From Octopus vulgaris (lineage: Eukaryota), in contig OX597822.1 in the NCBI GenBank assembly GCA_951406725.2, positions 79,236,001 to 79,300,000 of the forward strand: a stretch of 64,000 nucleotides of DNA, given 5' to 3'. The notes below the pieces were generated by a model. It was not told the origin of the DNA. It ran no database searches and worked only from the letters and a program-made list of their open reading frames with translations. Positions 12,912 to 25,859 of the stretch are shown here, one piece after another (position 1 is the stretch's first letter; the number at the start of each line of letters is the position of its first letter). The translations under genes were made by a program, and so were the position numbers.

Positions 12912-13654
12912 CAGGGTGCGTAAGATATATGAGGACAGATTTATGTTAATAAAAAAAAAACAGATATATAATAACGGATAATAACTTTATCAAAATATGA
13001 TATGAGGATAAAAATAAACCTTTTCTATAATGTTATTCAATAAAGCCACCTTCAGCTTCAACAACTGCTTCTATATGAGATCTAAATCATCAACATGCAC
13101 AAATCAAGAGGTCCTGGTTCATTTTGGACATTACTCTGACTATGGCAGCTTTCAAAGGATCTTTGGTGTTATGGGCATGTTCAGTGACCTCTCAACAACA
13201 CTCCACATGTAATAGTACAATGGATTGAGACCTGGGAAATTAGGAGGCCAAATGTCAGGGGTTATATGATCATGAAAATTTTCAGCCATCCATTCCTGTG
13301 TTACTAGAGCCATGTGTGATAGAGCAGAGTCTTACTGAAATACATATGGCTTTCCATTGCATCCAGGGCTTAACAATTATTTCTAGGACCTCGATGTAGA
13401 CAGCAGAGTTAACTCTAAGGCCTTGTGGAAAGAAATAAGGAGGCATCACATGTTCTTCATCATTGACAACACCTAAAACCATGACAGTTGCAGGAAATTT
13501 TTTATGCATAACACTTGGAACTTCAGAAGGGTCTGCACATAACCATCTGTCATTTCTTCTCTTAACTTTTTGATCATGGTCGAAGTTTTTCTTGTTTGAG
13601 AAAAACCAAATCAAATCACTTTTCTGCTGGATTTTTCAGTTTATCTAAGAGCCT

Positions 13655-13655
<1 letters not shown>
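12912..13655 (-). mobile_element. Tc1/mariner DD37D (maT-like) transposase pseudogene, 5'-truncated
   Basis: WFFSNKKNF (FSDEK motif), FQ*DSALSH and WPPNFPGLNPLY (SPDLNPLD motif), with 37 residues between the 2nd and 3rd catalytic positions; C-terminus VEAEGGFIE*; CAGGGTG terminus at 12912. Confidence 0.88.
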
Positions 13656-13690
<35 letters not shown>

Positions 13691-13693
<3 letters not shown>

Positions 13694-14998
13694 TCATCAT
13701 CATCATCATTTAACGTCCGCTTTCCATGCTAGCATGGGTTGGATGATTGACTGAGGGCTGGCGAACCAGATGGCTGCACCAGGTTTCAATCTTGATCTGG
13801 CAGAGTCTCAACAGCTTGATGCCCTTCCTAACGCCAACCACTTCGAGAGCGTAGTGTTGCTTTTATGTGCTACCGGCATGGGGCCAGTCAGGCGGTACTA
13901 GCAACGAACTCACTCGAATCTTTTACACATGTCACTGGCACAGGTGCCAGTAAGGTGATGCTGGAAACGATCACACTCGAATGGTGTCTTTTACGTGCTA
14001 CCGGCACGGAGGCCAGATAGCCGCTCTGGCAATGTTCACACTCGGATGGTGCTCTTAACACCCTACTAGCATGGGGCTCAAGTGCCAGTAAGGCGACGCT
14101 GGTAACAATCACGTTTGAATGGTGCCTTTTAAGTGCCACTGGCACTGAAGCCGGTTAGCCGCTCTGTCAATAATCACACTCGTATGGTGTTCTTTGCACC
14201 CTGCTAGCTCAGACGCCAGTCATCGAATTTGATTTTAATTTTGATTTTGATTTTAATTTCACTTGCCTCAACAGGTCTCCGCAAGCAGAGTTTTAGTGTT
14301 CAAAGAAGGAAAGGGTACGCATAAGTGGGCTGGTTATGCCCCTGGCATAGGCCATGAGATTATGGTCTCATTAGACTTGCCGGGTCTTCTCACGCACAGC
14401 ATATTTCCAAAAGTCTCGGTCACTAGTCATTTCCTTGGTAAGGCCTAAAGTTCGAAGGTCATGTTTCACCACTTCATCCCAGGTCTTCCTGGGTCTACCT
14501 CTTCCACAGGTTCCCTCAACTGCTAGGGTGTGGCACTTTTTCACACAGCTGTCCTCATCCCTTCTTGCCACATGACCATACCAGTGCAGTCGTCTCTCTT
14601 GCACACCACATCTGATGCTTCTTAGGTCCAACATTTCTCTCAAGGTACTTACACTCTGTCGAGTATGCACACTGACATTACACATCCATCGGATCATACT
14701 GGCTTCATTCCTTGTGAGCTTACACATGTCCTCAGCAGTCACAGCCTATGTTTCACTGCCATGTAGCATGATTGTTCGTACACATACATCATACAGTCTA
14801 CCTTTTACTCTGAGCGAGAGGCCCTTTGTCACCAGCAGAGGTAAGAGCTCTCTGAACTTTGCCCAAGCTATTCTTATTCTACACTTTCAGCGCCCCCCCC
14901 CCCCTTCTGACTTGGTCACCTAGGTAACGGAAGGTATCAACTATTTCTAGTTTTCCTCCCTGGAATGTGGTGGAAGTTGTTCTCTGCGCATTTTCAGT
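13691..14998 (-). mobile_element. RTE-clade LINE, 5'-truncated (ORF C-terminus, tandem-repeat 3' UTR, (ATG)n tail)
   Basis: LEIVDTFRYLGDQ..AWAKFRELLPLL..RRLHWYGHVARRDED..GRGRPRKTWDEVV motifs; stop at 14371; about 60-bp degenerate units at 13860-14220; (CAT)n tail at 13691. Confidence 0.93.
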
Positions 14999-15005
14999 GT
15001 GTGTG

Positions 15006-15043
<38 letters not shown>

Positions 15044-15045
<2 letters not shown>

Positions 15046-15279
15046 GGAGTAAACACATAAATGTGAAACAAGGTGGAAAAAAGAGTACTCAAATACCAGT
15101 GGTAGAGTAATATGCTTTATTTTAAGCAGCAGAAAATTCAACAAAATCTGTTACTCTGAGTTTCTCGTTGCCGTTCATCAGACAGTTTTTGCTAGAATTC
15201 TAGCAAAAACTGTCTGATGAACGGCAACGAGAAACTCAGAGTAACAGATTTTGTTGAATTTTCTGCTGCTTAAAATAAA

Positions 15280-15280
<1 letters not shown>
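15044..15280. mobile_element. Penelope-like fold-back element inserted in (TA)n, containing a perfect 166-bp palindrome
   Basis: 15115-15197 is the exact reverse complement of 15198-15280 (centre GAATTC, no spacer); (TA)n on both sides. Confidence 0.8.
15201..15256 (+). ncRNA. minimal type-I hammerhead ribozyme (identical mirror copy on the minus strand at 15139-15194)
   Basis: stem I CAAAAACUGU/ACAGAUUUUG; core CUGAUGA (15214-15220); stem II CG-GCAA-CG; GAAA (15231-15234); stem III ACUC-A-GAGU; GUA triplet with predicted cleavage after 15243; A.A mismatch at the base of stem II. Confidence 0.72.
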
Positions 15281-15354
<74 letters not shown>

Positions 15355-15364
15355 TATGTATGTA

Positions 15365-16990
15365 TGGCAAATGAAAGATGGAAGACGGAATATATGAGAA
15401 TTTATTATTAATCACGAGAATTGTTTTGACACATCTAGCATTGATCCCTCATGAGTGGGACACTCAACAACTGGTTCAGGAACATCCAGCAGTATAGATG
15501 TATATCGTTGGGTGATAAATATGTACAACTCATTAAAATAACAGTTCTGCAATGTAACTTCCCATTTTGCAGAAAGAAAAGCAGCCAGATAGAGGAAATA
15601 TCTTCATTTACATAGAAGATCAAAAATAAAGTCACAGATGGCAAAAAGAGAAACGAACATGCTATCCAGCAAGAAAATTATTTAAAATAACCGTTAACAA
15701 ATATGGATGTATAAACGCCCTCGGGCAACCTGCATGGCACGAGTACACATTCTCATACAAGCATCTGCAAAAATGTGAGCATACGCACACACGAGGTTTG
15801 GTGCACTCATGATCACAAAGCGAGTTAACTATCTACTTGGTGTTTGTAAGAATGGGGAGGTTAAAAGTAAACTCAAGTCATCCATACCCTAAAGTAAATT
15901 AATTATGTTAATGATTACTCAAAATTCATTCTCTCTGCATTGTGAAAAAGTACATTTATATGTGTGTAGGCATGTCGAGAGTGGTTCAGAAACTCTATTA
16001 ATGATCTCATTAGTCCACAGAATAGACAGGGATTCCCTGGAGCAGAGACAGCATCTCCTGGAAATTATACTGTATGGTTTCACATGCCTTACTATGGACC
16101 AAGTTATACTGTACTTATTTTATCCTCCTTCAGTTGCCATACAAAATCTGCCAAAGATGTTGAATGTCTCTTATTAATTGTCTTAAAGCTGGCAAAATGG
16201 TCATGATAACAATTCTTAAGTGAACCAGCCGTCTGCCCAATGTAAAAATGACCCTCTCCTTGTGTGCACGGTACATTTATATACAAGATTTGTACTCATA
16301 CAGAGTTTCATCAAAGGACATTTTGATTTTTCTCTGTATGAACATTTATCATATTTATTCGTAAATAAGACAGTCCCAACTCCATTTACTGGCATTGTTA
16401 CTATGTTAGCTGTATCGTAAGTATTTCTATTACTAAAATTTGGTTGTAATTGGTGTTTATCATTGTGGTTTCTCCTTGGTTGGTATTTAGATGCATATGT
16501 TTGCTAGATCCAGTAGGTGGGTTATTGAACCTTTGCTGTATTTTACTATTGTTTATGCGATGAATAAATTGCTCTAAATTAGCAGAGTTAGTGTACCAAT
16601 TAGATTTAGGAAAACATGATACATGATACCAATTAGATTTAGGAAAACATTTGTCCAATGCTGCAAAAAATTTTCCATTGATCTTGGTTGAAACATGCAA
16701 ACCAAAAATCAGATTGAACCAGAGCACATCCTCATTCCTATATCTGCTGTTAGGCTTATTTGATTGTGTGTATTGTACAGGATTGGAACAAGCAGTTGAA
16801 TTATTATGTGGCAATGTGTCTATGAGTTTTTGTTGGTAGTTCATTGATATGACCAATTCTTCCTGGCCTGTATTCTTTATCTGAGTGAGTTCTCAAGCCA
16901 TGACGTTGTGGTGGTGTACAATGTGTATCACAGTTGGAGGAATTACCAGTGTTGTGTATGCCTGCTTCTTGTATATATTGAATTTTTTCA
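15365..16990 (-). mobile_element. Penelope-like retroelement (Naiad-type), degraded RT-thumb/linker/GIY-YIG region plus 3' UTR
   Basis: VLWFN..STKINGKFFAALDKCFPK; linker CSYREKSKCP (CxCx5C with one C>Y); VYKCTV..FYIGQT GIY-YIG; TWSIVRHVKPYS..RCCLCSRE..INRVSEPLSTCLH; frameshifts and a 24-bp internal duplication (16594/16627). Confidence 0.88.
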
Positions 16991-17007
16991 CAGTATGCGT
17001 GCACGTA

Positions 17008-17044
<37 letters not shown>

Positions 17045-18765
17045 ATGCATATATAAAACTTGCTAAATGGCAAGAGCCCATCAGATCAAATGTAGCTGTG
17101 ATTCAAATAATCATACAGATTATACTTGAGGAATGTGTTTAAAGGAACAAGTGTCTCTCTATTATTCAACCGCTTACACTGTAATTAAGTAAGTAGATAG
17201 TTTTAAGTTGTATAATCAGTGAAACAGCCAACATTCCTATGAAATCTAGCATAATGCATCAGAGAAGCTGTGTTTTAAAGGGAGTGTATGTGAAGTTGAT
17301 TTTGCAGCAGAACCCATCCACCTACAATCAATATTCACAGACAGAGATGAACTCAGCAGTGTTCATCAATTTAGTCATCTCAAGCTAGTGCTGCCAATTA
17401 ATGCAGTTACTTGTTCCTTATCTGAGGTATCTATTTACATTTAGTTGGACTAAGCTAGTTTAGAATTGTGATAATGGAACAGAGGCAACACTTCAGTGTT
17501 AGTGACATGACATGATATACATGCTTAGCCCTCCCTCTCAGTAATTCAATACAGTACTGATTTAACCATAAAAGTGTCATGTATGTGATGTATAGTTGTG
17601 TGTGTGTGTATTCAGACATGGGGAAAACAAAAAAAAATATGACATTCCAAACACTGTCTTTTGGGGGGGGGGGGGAATAATTGAAAAAAGAAAGGTAAAA
17701 TGAAAGGTGCAATTGAAGTAACAGTGGCACATGGAGCAGTCTACGTGCTGGTCAATAATTGACTGAAACATTCATGCATATAAACGCACACATACATACA
17801 TGAATGTATATAAATCACTACAATATTTAGTTGACAGCTGTTGAAGGGAATACATTTATTTTTTGTGCTAGCTTTACAAATATTCATGCATGCAAACTTT
17901 ACAATACATGTATGTCTGTGAATTTACATGTATACATTGTAAAGTTTGTATGCAAGCATAAACACACATACACACATTAGTAAATGCCTAAGCAACAACC
18001 TGGAAAAGTCGGAGTTTTCAGAAAAAGAAATCAACCACCTAACACACACATTACAAATACAATCTCTGTAAATGGAACAATAAAAATTTCAAGATTTGTC
18101 TCAAGTTCAAAAGGTGATATTGCTTTTGTTATCTACATTCAATGATGGAACTTTGTATCGTTGTTAGAAACCAGCTCCTTCCCTACAGTAAGATTTCAAA
18201 TCAAAAATAGAAGAGAAGAAAAGGATGAACATACATACATATATACACCTAATACATAAACATACATACCTAATACATACATACATGCAAAAAAAAAAAC
18301 AAATACAAGAATAAAAAGAAAAAATATCAAGGGAGAAAAAAATTAAGACAAGGAAGAATGGAAACAAAACAGAAAAGGAAAAACAAAAGAAAATATGGAT
18401 CTGGAAGAAAAATTAAGAAAAAACATCCTAACTCAAACAGGAAATAGCTAGAATTATGTTACCAAAACTAATGTAAAAAACACTGAGATTATCATTATTA
18501 TAATAACTATCATTATCATAATTACTATTGCCATCATGTTTATTGTCATTATTATCATTATGAATAGCATGGTAATAATCATCACTACTGCTACGATCAT
18601 CTGCATCATTTTTTTGCTAATGTTCTTGTTTCTGCTATTATTGTTGCTTTTTGTTCTTTTCATCTCACATCCCTTTGCTTCATTCTTTAACAATATAACA
18701 TAAGGTATCTATTTAAGAATATATATTATAAACTGTCTACACACACATCATTATTCGCACAGATG

Positions 18766-18805
<40 letters not shown>

Positions 18806-20539
18806 AACACACATCATCATTCAAACAGATATATATATATTTACACACACACACACACACACATCATTATTCAAACAGATATATATATATAGAGAGAGAG
18901 GGGGGAGAGAGAGAGAAGGGGGAGAGAGAGAGCATTAAAGAATAAAAGAGAGAGGGTAGCATTTGAAAAAAGAAACAAGTAGAAAAAAAAACAACCATTT
19001 AAAGAACAGGGAATAAATAAATTATAAATTTAGCTCAATTAAAAGACAAGAAACTGAACCCTTATTGCCTGCTGGCATTCTTAATTTCTATTGTCTTTGA
19101 ATAACAGAAAGTAAGGTTGGTAGAGATGGAGATTCAAGAAAAAGACTGAATGGGGGAGGGGCATGTTTGAGACAAATCACGAAATGAAAGTAAGACACTG
19201 GATCACTTAATGGGAGTGAAGGTGGAGGAAAGAAGTTGGTGGAAGCACTAGTTTAGGTGAGGTATGTGGGAGTGCACTGTGAATATTGATTTTTCTAAAC
19301 CATCCCCACCACCACCACCAATAACTATGATAAGGAATACATGAGGATAAGAGTAATAATATCAATAGTGATGACGATAGTAACAGTGATGAAAACCAAA
19401 GTGATGACAACAATGGCAGGTATAATAATGACAATGGTGGTGATGATAGGCATGATAATGTTGATGAGGATAGGTATGAAAATGATAATCATCCTCATCA
19501 TCATCATTTAGCATCCATTTTCTATGCTGACATAGGTTGGACAGGATTCCAGCAAGCCATATGTCAGTGATGAGTCCCAAAGTCAGTTTTGGCAGGGTTT
19601 CTACCCTTGGATGCCCTTCCCAATGCTGACCACTTTACAGTGTGTACTTGGTGATTTTCTCATGCCACTAGCGCAAGTGAGGTTACCAACTAACTTGCAG
19701 GACAGGAATGAGGCAGCAAAAAGAAAAAGGTCCTTCAATTAAGTGGAGTGGGGAATATTTGAGAGGCAGGTGACTTTATGCTAGTTGTTGAGAGTCTAAA
19801 GTAATGATAGGACAACCATAGGTGCTTTATTATATAGGAGATACATGGCTATACTGCATTTTACATAAGCTGGGAAGAAGATAAGACAATAAATAGATGA
19901 AATTTTAAAAGTATGAAATAACTTCCAACCAAAAAACAGGTTAAAAGTAAATAAGTAGATTGGTAAATAATAAACAGTATAAATATAATGTAAATATTAA
20001 TAAAAGATCAATAATTAAAAAAATGAAATTTCATTTTCAAATTTTATTAAGTATTTTATTAAAAGAGATATAGATGCTGAGAATTTAATATATAGTTCAG
20101 GGTTTCTAAAATGAATTCCAGTCAAGAATTGCAGTAAAATTCTAAATGTGTAGATATGTACCTTTGTTAGAAATTCTTCTTAATTGATTTAACAAACCAT
20201 GCATACTCCTTTTTAAGGGGTGATTATCTTGATAGCAATAGTAACCAAAACTCCCTCAAATCACATCTTAATGTCTTTAAAAAGGAAAGGTCACATTAAA
20301 TTAATGATGCCCTAGAAAAAATATGTCTGAAAATAAAAGAACAGATGGTCACAGTTGGAAAACATTTGCTGCATCAGTGCAAAATCTGGGGCTAAACAGC
20401 AGCGATAACCCATTTTCCACAAATTTGTGACTTTGTACCTATGGTAAATCTTTGAGGTGTGGTTAATATAAGAAGCTATATTCTCCCATCAAATTCATGG
20501 CAAAGAAATCACCATTTGGTAGATGCAGTAGAGCATCTA

Positions 20540-21370
20540 ATATAAATGCTTTGCCTTTCTGACTTCAAATCCCATCAAAGTCAACTTTGTTTTCATCTTT
20601 CTGGGATTGAAAAATTAAACTATTAATCAAGATTATCAACTATAATCCTTCTCCAATATGTGAGACCTTGAGCTAATGCTAGAAATCAGAATTATTATAA
20701 TTATTAAGGCAACTGAAAAAACAGGAGGAGTTGAACACTGAACTCTTTAAATTCATACTTCATTGAGATCAATTTTATATCTTATTTTTCTAGGATCAGT
20801 AATAAAACTAATAGTTGTATAGTCAAGGCATGTGTGTGAGGGGGTAACATTAATCAATTGCACTACACCCTCCCAACCGTCTCTACATAGGTGTGGGCTC
20901 ATGATAAATATGTTCTTTATGTTCTGAGTACAAATCCCACCTAAGTCAACTTTGCTTTTCATTCTTTCAGGGTCATCAAAATAAAGCACCAATCAAGTAC
21001 TGGGGTTGTTGTAATCGACAAACTCATCTCCCCAAAATAGTTTACTCGGTGATAAAATTTAAAACATAAGGTAAGAAGCTGGCAGAATCCCTTGACAAGT
21101 TGCTTAGTTCAAAATCTACCAAGGTTAACTTCACCTTTCATCCTTTTGGGGTTGATTAAATAAGTACAAGTTGAGCATTGGGGTTGATGTAATTGAATAG
21201 CCCTCTACCACCAAATTTCAGACCTTGTGCCCACAGCAGATAGGATTAATATTATCATTATATTACAAGGTCAACTTTGCCTTTCATCCTTTCGGAGTCA
21301 ATAAAATAAATACCAGTTGAACACTGGGGGGGAAGGGGTCGATGTAATTGACTCACCCCCTCACCCCAAA
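20540..21370. mobile_element. cluster of about 5 degraded Nin-domain SINE copies (four plus, one minus near 20745-20850)
   Basis: repeated GTCAACTTTGCCTTTCATCCTTT(C/T)GG(A/G)GT..AAATAA(G/A)TAC and TGGGGTTG(A/T)TGTAAT motifs shared with the intact copy at 45750. Confidence 0.75.
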
Positions 21371-21574
21371 ACCATTATGATTATTATTATTATTATTATT
21401 ATTATTATTTCTAATATATCCCTTTTGCCATGATTATATGGCCTTCTTGTATCTCAGATCTTGGTTTTTATCGCACAATTTCTTTTGCTTCAGCATTTTA
21501 CTCTTTTCTAGATTCTTCCTTTCATGTTTTTCAATTTCACATATCACACTATGCACAACCCCCATCCCCACATA

Positions 21575-22000
21575 CTTTTCAGCTGTACATCCACTTTTCC
21601 AAGGCAGCTTCAAATGGGGTAGTTTTCTCCCCAAATTTGCATGATACACATACAAGATGTGAGTGCAACCATGCATTTGCATAAATATATGTGTCATACA
21701 CTTATTTCCTACTTGTACATCTACTTTTCTTCCCTACCATGAATGAGGTAGTTTTTTTTTCCTCCCACCAAATTTGCATATTACACACAAGCACACACAG
21801 ATACATATATCTTTCCAGTTGTAAATCAACTGTTCCATGATGATTTGAATGGGGTACTTATATCACTAAATTTGCAAATTATGCATACTTGCATGCACAC
21901 ACATGCACAGTTACATTTGTATGCACACACATCTTCCAGTTGTAAATCTGCTTTTCTAGACTAGCTTGAAGGAGTTCTTTTTACTGCAAATTTGCATAAC
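21575..22000. repeat. four degenerate ~100-140 bp tandem units, each ending in AAATTTGCA
   Basis: unit pattern TCCAG(C/T)TGTA(C/A)ATC..GAATGGGGTA..AAATTTGCAT..(CA)n. Confidence 0.7.
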
Positions 22001-22763
22001 ACACACACACACACACACACATACACACTTTTATTTCATTCTCTCTTTCTCTCCGAGATACCTTTTTTTTTTTTTGCTACCAATTCTATTATATTATTAA
22101 TCTATATAACATTAGCTGGATATAATCAATATATATCATCCCAGCCCTTCCATTTGAAATATATAAATGGACACAGGCAGGTACATACAATTGATTGACA
22201 GAAAAAAAGAAAGGAAGGGAGAAAATAGGAAGACGGGAGGAAGGGAAAGAAGACAGAAAGAGAAAAGCAAGGAAGAGGGAAGACAGAGGATAGAGTGGGT
22301 TCGAATTAGAGCCTAGTGGGAGAAATATATTAAAGAATATTTCAAAAGAAAAGTATCCAAGCATAAGTGCTTTTGTGTATCTACATGAGCACACATGTGA
22401 CTGTAGCTGAGTCTTTGTACAGTTGTGAGGAAGAGCAGGGAAAATGATTGCAGGAGCAGGGAAGAAAAATGTGTGCATATCTATTCTTATCTCTGTATGT
22501 TCGATATATAAGAACATTTACATACATGTATGTATGCATATTTTCATGGAGAGAGAGAGAGAGAGAGAGGCGGGAGGTGCATTACCTGTGGTAATTGCAG
22601 GTTACTGTCAAAAGTCTAAGCTGGAATCGGTCCAACTTTTCTTTGACAAATGCTACCACACCTAACATAGCAGGTTAATTGCAAAGATGTCCATTTATAT
22701 ATGTAGATGCAAGCACATTATATTGGTGCTGAGTTAGCTGGTTGGTTGATTCTCTCTCTCCCT

Positions 22764-22799
<36 letters not shown>

Positions 22800-23274
22800 A
22801 TACATATATATCCTTCGTAGCTTATCTTGCACATTTATGTTCAATAATGCATTTAGTGCACATCTCAGCTTTTTGATTTGGCACATCATTGGGTGTATGA
22901 TCAAGTGAGTTTATGCACTTTTGCGCATATTTATGCCTTTTGGTGTGTATATGAATACATATATATTTTTGTGTGTGTATAAGTTTGTATATACTTACGT
23001 ATATGTATGTGGTGATGGTGGTGATGGTGGTGGTGATGGTGATGATGGGAGTAACTACGACTACTAACCTTATTCCTAGATTTCAAACATCAATCTTCAT
23101 TCAGCAACCACTATAATCTCGATTATAGCATGTGATAACTGGAATATCTACCAATAGTTTGAGGAATACCTACCGACTACTTCGGCTTGAGGTCTTTATT
23201 TGTGAAGTATTAAGCTACTTGAACTACTAGTTACAACTACACACACACAATAAATATTACAAGTATAAATATCG

Positions 23275-23612
23275 CGTTGGTGGCACATAAAAAGCCCCAT
23301 ACAAGTGTGGTCGATGCCAGTACCACCTGAGAGGCGCCTGTGTCAGTGGCACGTAAAAAGCATCAGTCAAGCGTGGTCATTGCCAGCACCACCCGACTGG
23401 CTCCCATACCGGTGGTACGTAAAAAACACCCACTACCATACCAGCATAGGTTGGGTGGTTTGACAGGAGTTGACCAGCTGGAGAGCTACTCAGTCTCCAA
23501 ATGTCTGTTTTGGTATATTTTCTACAGCTGGATGCCTTTCCTAACACCAATCACTTTAAAGAGTATACTGGGTGCCTTATACGTGACACCAACATAGGTG
23601 CTTTTTATGTTA
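23275..23612. mobile_element. two fused RTE 3'-UTR fragments in opposite orientation
   Basis: GTGGCACGTAAAAAGCA units (plus) abut a CCAGCATAGGTTGG..CTACAGCTGGATGCCTTTCCTAA tail (minus). Confidence 0.65.
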
Positions 23613-23613
23613 A

Positions 23614-23664
<51 letters not shown>

Positions 23665-25859
23665 AACATGCATTTATACATGTGTGTGTGTGTGCACAAA
23701 TAATATAAACTAGAGTGGAGCTGGTCATTAAAGCTTCAGATAATCCACACATATATTCTGTACTATTATGTATGCGTATTGGCAGAGTGACCCATTCCAT
23801 CCTCAGCTTTGCATCAACTAAAGATTGCTACTAATATCTATTCAATTGATAACAAAATAACCATGAACTGAACTTAGATATCTATTGAACTTGCACAAGC
23901 ACACAGACATAACTGGCTTTAGCAAAGTAACAGTTACCGCAATGTTTACATCAAGTAAAGAATAACAAAAGCAACAGCAAGGAAAGAAAGATGGATGGGC
24001 AGACAGACAGATGCTAAATCTACACCCTAGTAGCATAAGACCAAGTGAATTGTTCAACCATCCATGATCAGGTATCCAACTCTATTGATATCAAAGAATA
24101 ACAAAAAGGATGTTGAGATATAATGTCATGCCCAAGAATATTAGCAGTGTAGGTGACATAGCTACAAGATAGAATACAATGTGGATTGCAGATTCTTTGT
24201 CAACCATGAACTTATCTCTCCTATGATTCACACAAGATTATGTACATACATTTATAATCAGCATTTTTATGTCTTGCTGGCATGAGGTAGATGAGACTAA
24301 TTGAGGAAATATTTTATACTCTTGTAACCAACCTTTACTTGATTTTGAGTAAGGTGCTTTTATTTCACTAGTCTTCACACAATAAAACTGATAAGCTATG
24401 AAACGTTTATGAAAGACAGAGACTCAATGCTTTTGCTTCAACTGTGACAATATGAAGACGTAAAGAAACACTCAAATACATTCACACATTGATACTTGGT
24501 TGATAACTGATGAAGGACTGAACATGTCTATGTCCACTGTGTTTTTGCATGTTTCTGCATTTGTTCTTTGCCATCCTCCAGTGCCATATTTCTATTAATA
24601 TACACACAAACACATATGCAAAAATTCATCCAAGTTTACTTGACCTTTCATCCTTCTGAAATCAACAGAACAAGTACCAGTTTTCTAATACTGAAGTCGA
24701 TATAATCAACTATACTATTGAAAGCAGCATGACTACAGTCAAATAAATGACACCAGTAAAAGAATAGGAATGTGTATGTGTGTTCATGTAAGTGTGTGTA
24801 TGTACAATAACATTTATGTAAGCAACACTTGAAAGTGAATTGAAGTATTTCTCAAGTCCTCTCATAATTATTGCTTTCTTGCTATTTATCTGAAGTCTTT
24901 ATTTTCAAGAATTAACATTAAGCAATCAGTTGTATTTTGAAAGTTCTTATGATATTGACAGACATTAGAGTTCAGCATCTTATCTCTACTATTATTTCCA
25001 TGTGCCAAAAAGTAAGGCTTCTACATGGTCATAGAGTCTGTTAGAAATAGCAGCCAAATATCCCACTCGTCACATCTTATTCTATTTAAAAAGCAGACAT
25101 TAAATACAGTAGTCCAAGATATACTATGTCTAGATAAAAAGCAGGATGGTTACAGCTTAGAGGTAAATAATAACAACAGCAACCAGAATGTCCTGCAGTG
25201 ATTTTCACAGATCCAGTGTATATAGAATGTACTAGGGTCCCTTTCATAGATCAAAAGAGGATGCTTCCACATGGGAGCTCAGACTAATAGAAATAGCAAC
25301 CAAATCTCTCAAATCTAACTTCCTTAACAGGCTTGTCCCCTGCCTTTTCTCCTCTCTCTCTCTTTCTATCAATGACTTATTCAGAGGAGAAAGAGTAGTA
25401 TCTATGGAGCTTTTCGGGGCATTAAAGACTGGTGGCGTGAAGAGATCTGATTGAAATAGTTGCATTACACTGTATTTTAAAATCATATAAGGAGCAGGCA
25501 GTGATGTTAAACTAGCAAAATTCTAGACAACTCTATAATGAGGGATGTTCATGATTGAGATGCATTTGACCTGAGAATTTTCTCATTCAAGGTTAGCCCA
25601 GGTGCTGAACAGCAACATATGCACAAATACTGTGTTATTTTTAAAAGCCTATAACTATATTGAGAGAGGCTGTATATATGTTCAAACACATGCACAGACA
25701 CACCACTAGCCCAAGATGCAAGCATGTGCACACCTTTTTTACAAAAGAAAATTGCAAGCACAAAAGACTTAGTTTGCCTAAATGTATTAATTAGTAACTA
25801 TATGTAATTTATACACAACTTTTTATTTTCACTGTTTAATTGTGGTGGGATGAGTAACA

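Noticed and set aside
13860-14220. Repeat-spacer-like array resembling CRISPR
   Set aside because: Degenerate tandem units in an RTE LINE 3' UTR, recurring at 23275 and 31970; eukaryotic context with no cas genes.
15930-16350. Selenocysteine-encoding Naiad element
   Set aside because: The conserved Cys positions I could read are TGT/TGC (one TAC), not TGA.
17308-17426. Plus-strand AG..GT unit with one open frame
   Set aside because: Weak donor (GTATCT), no recognisable homology and no partner exons.
24507-24545. CTGATGAAGG hammerhead-like start
   Set aside because: No stem II closure or GAAA follows.
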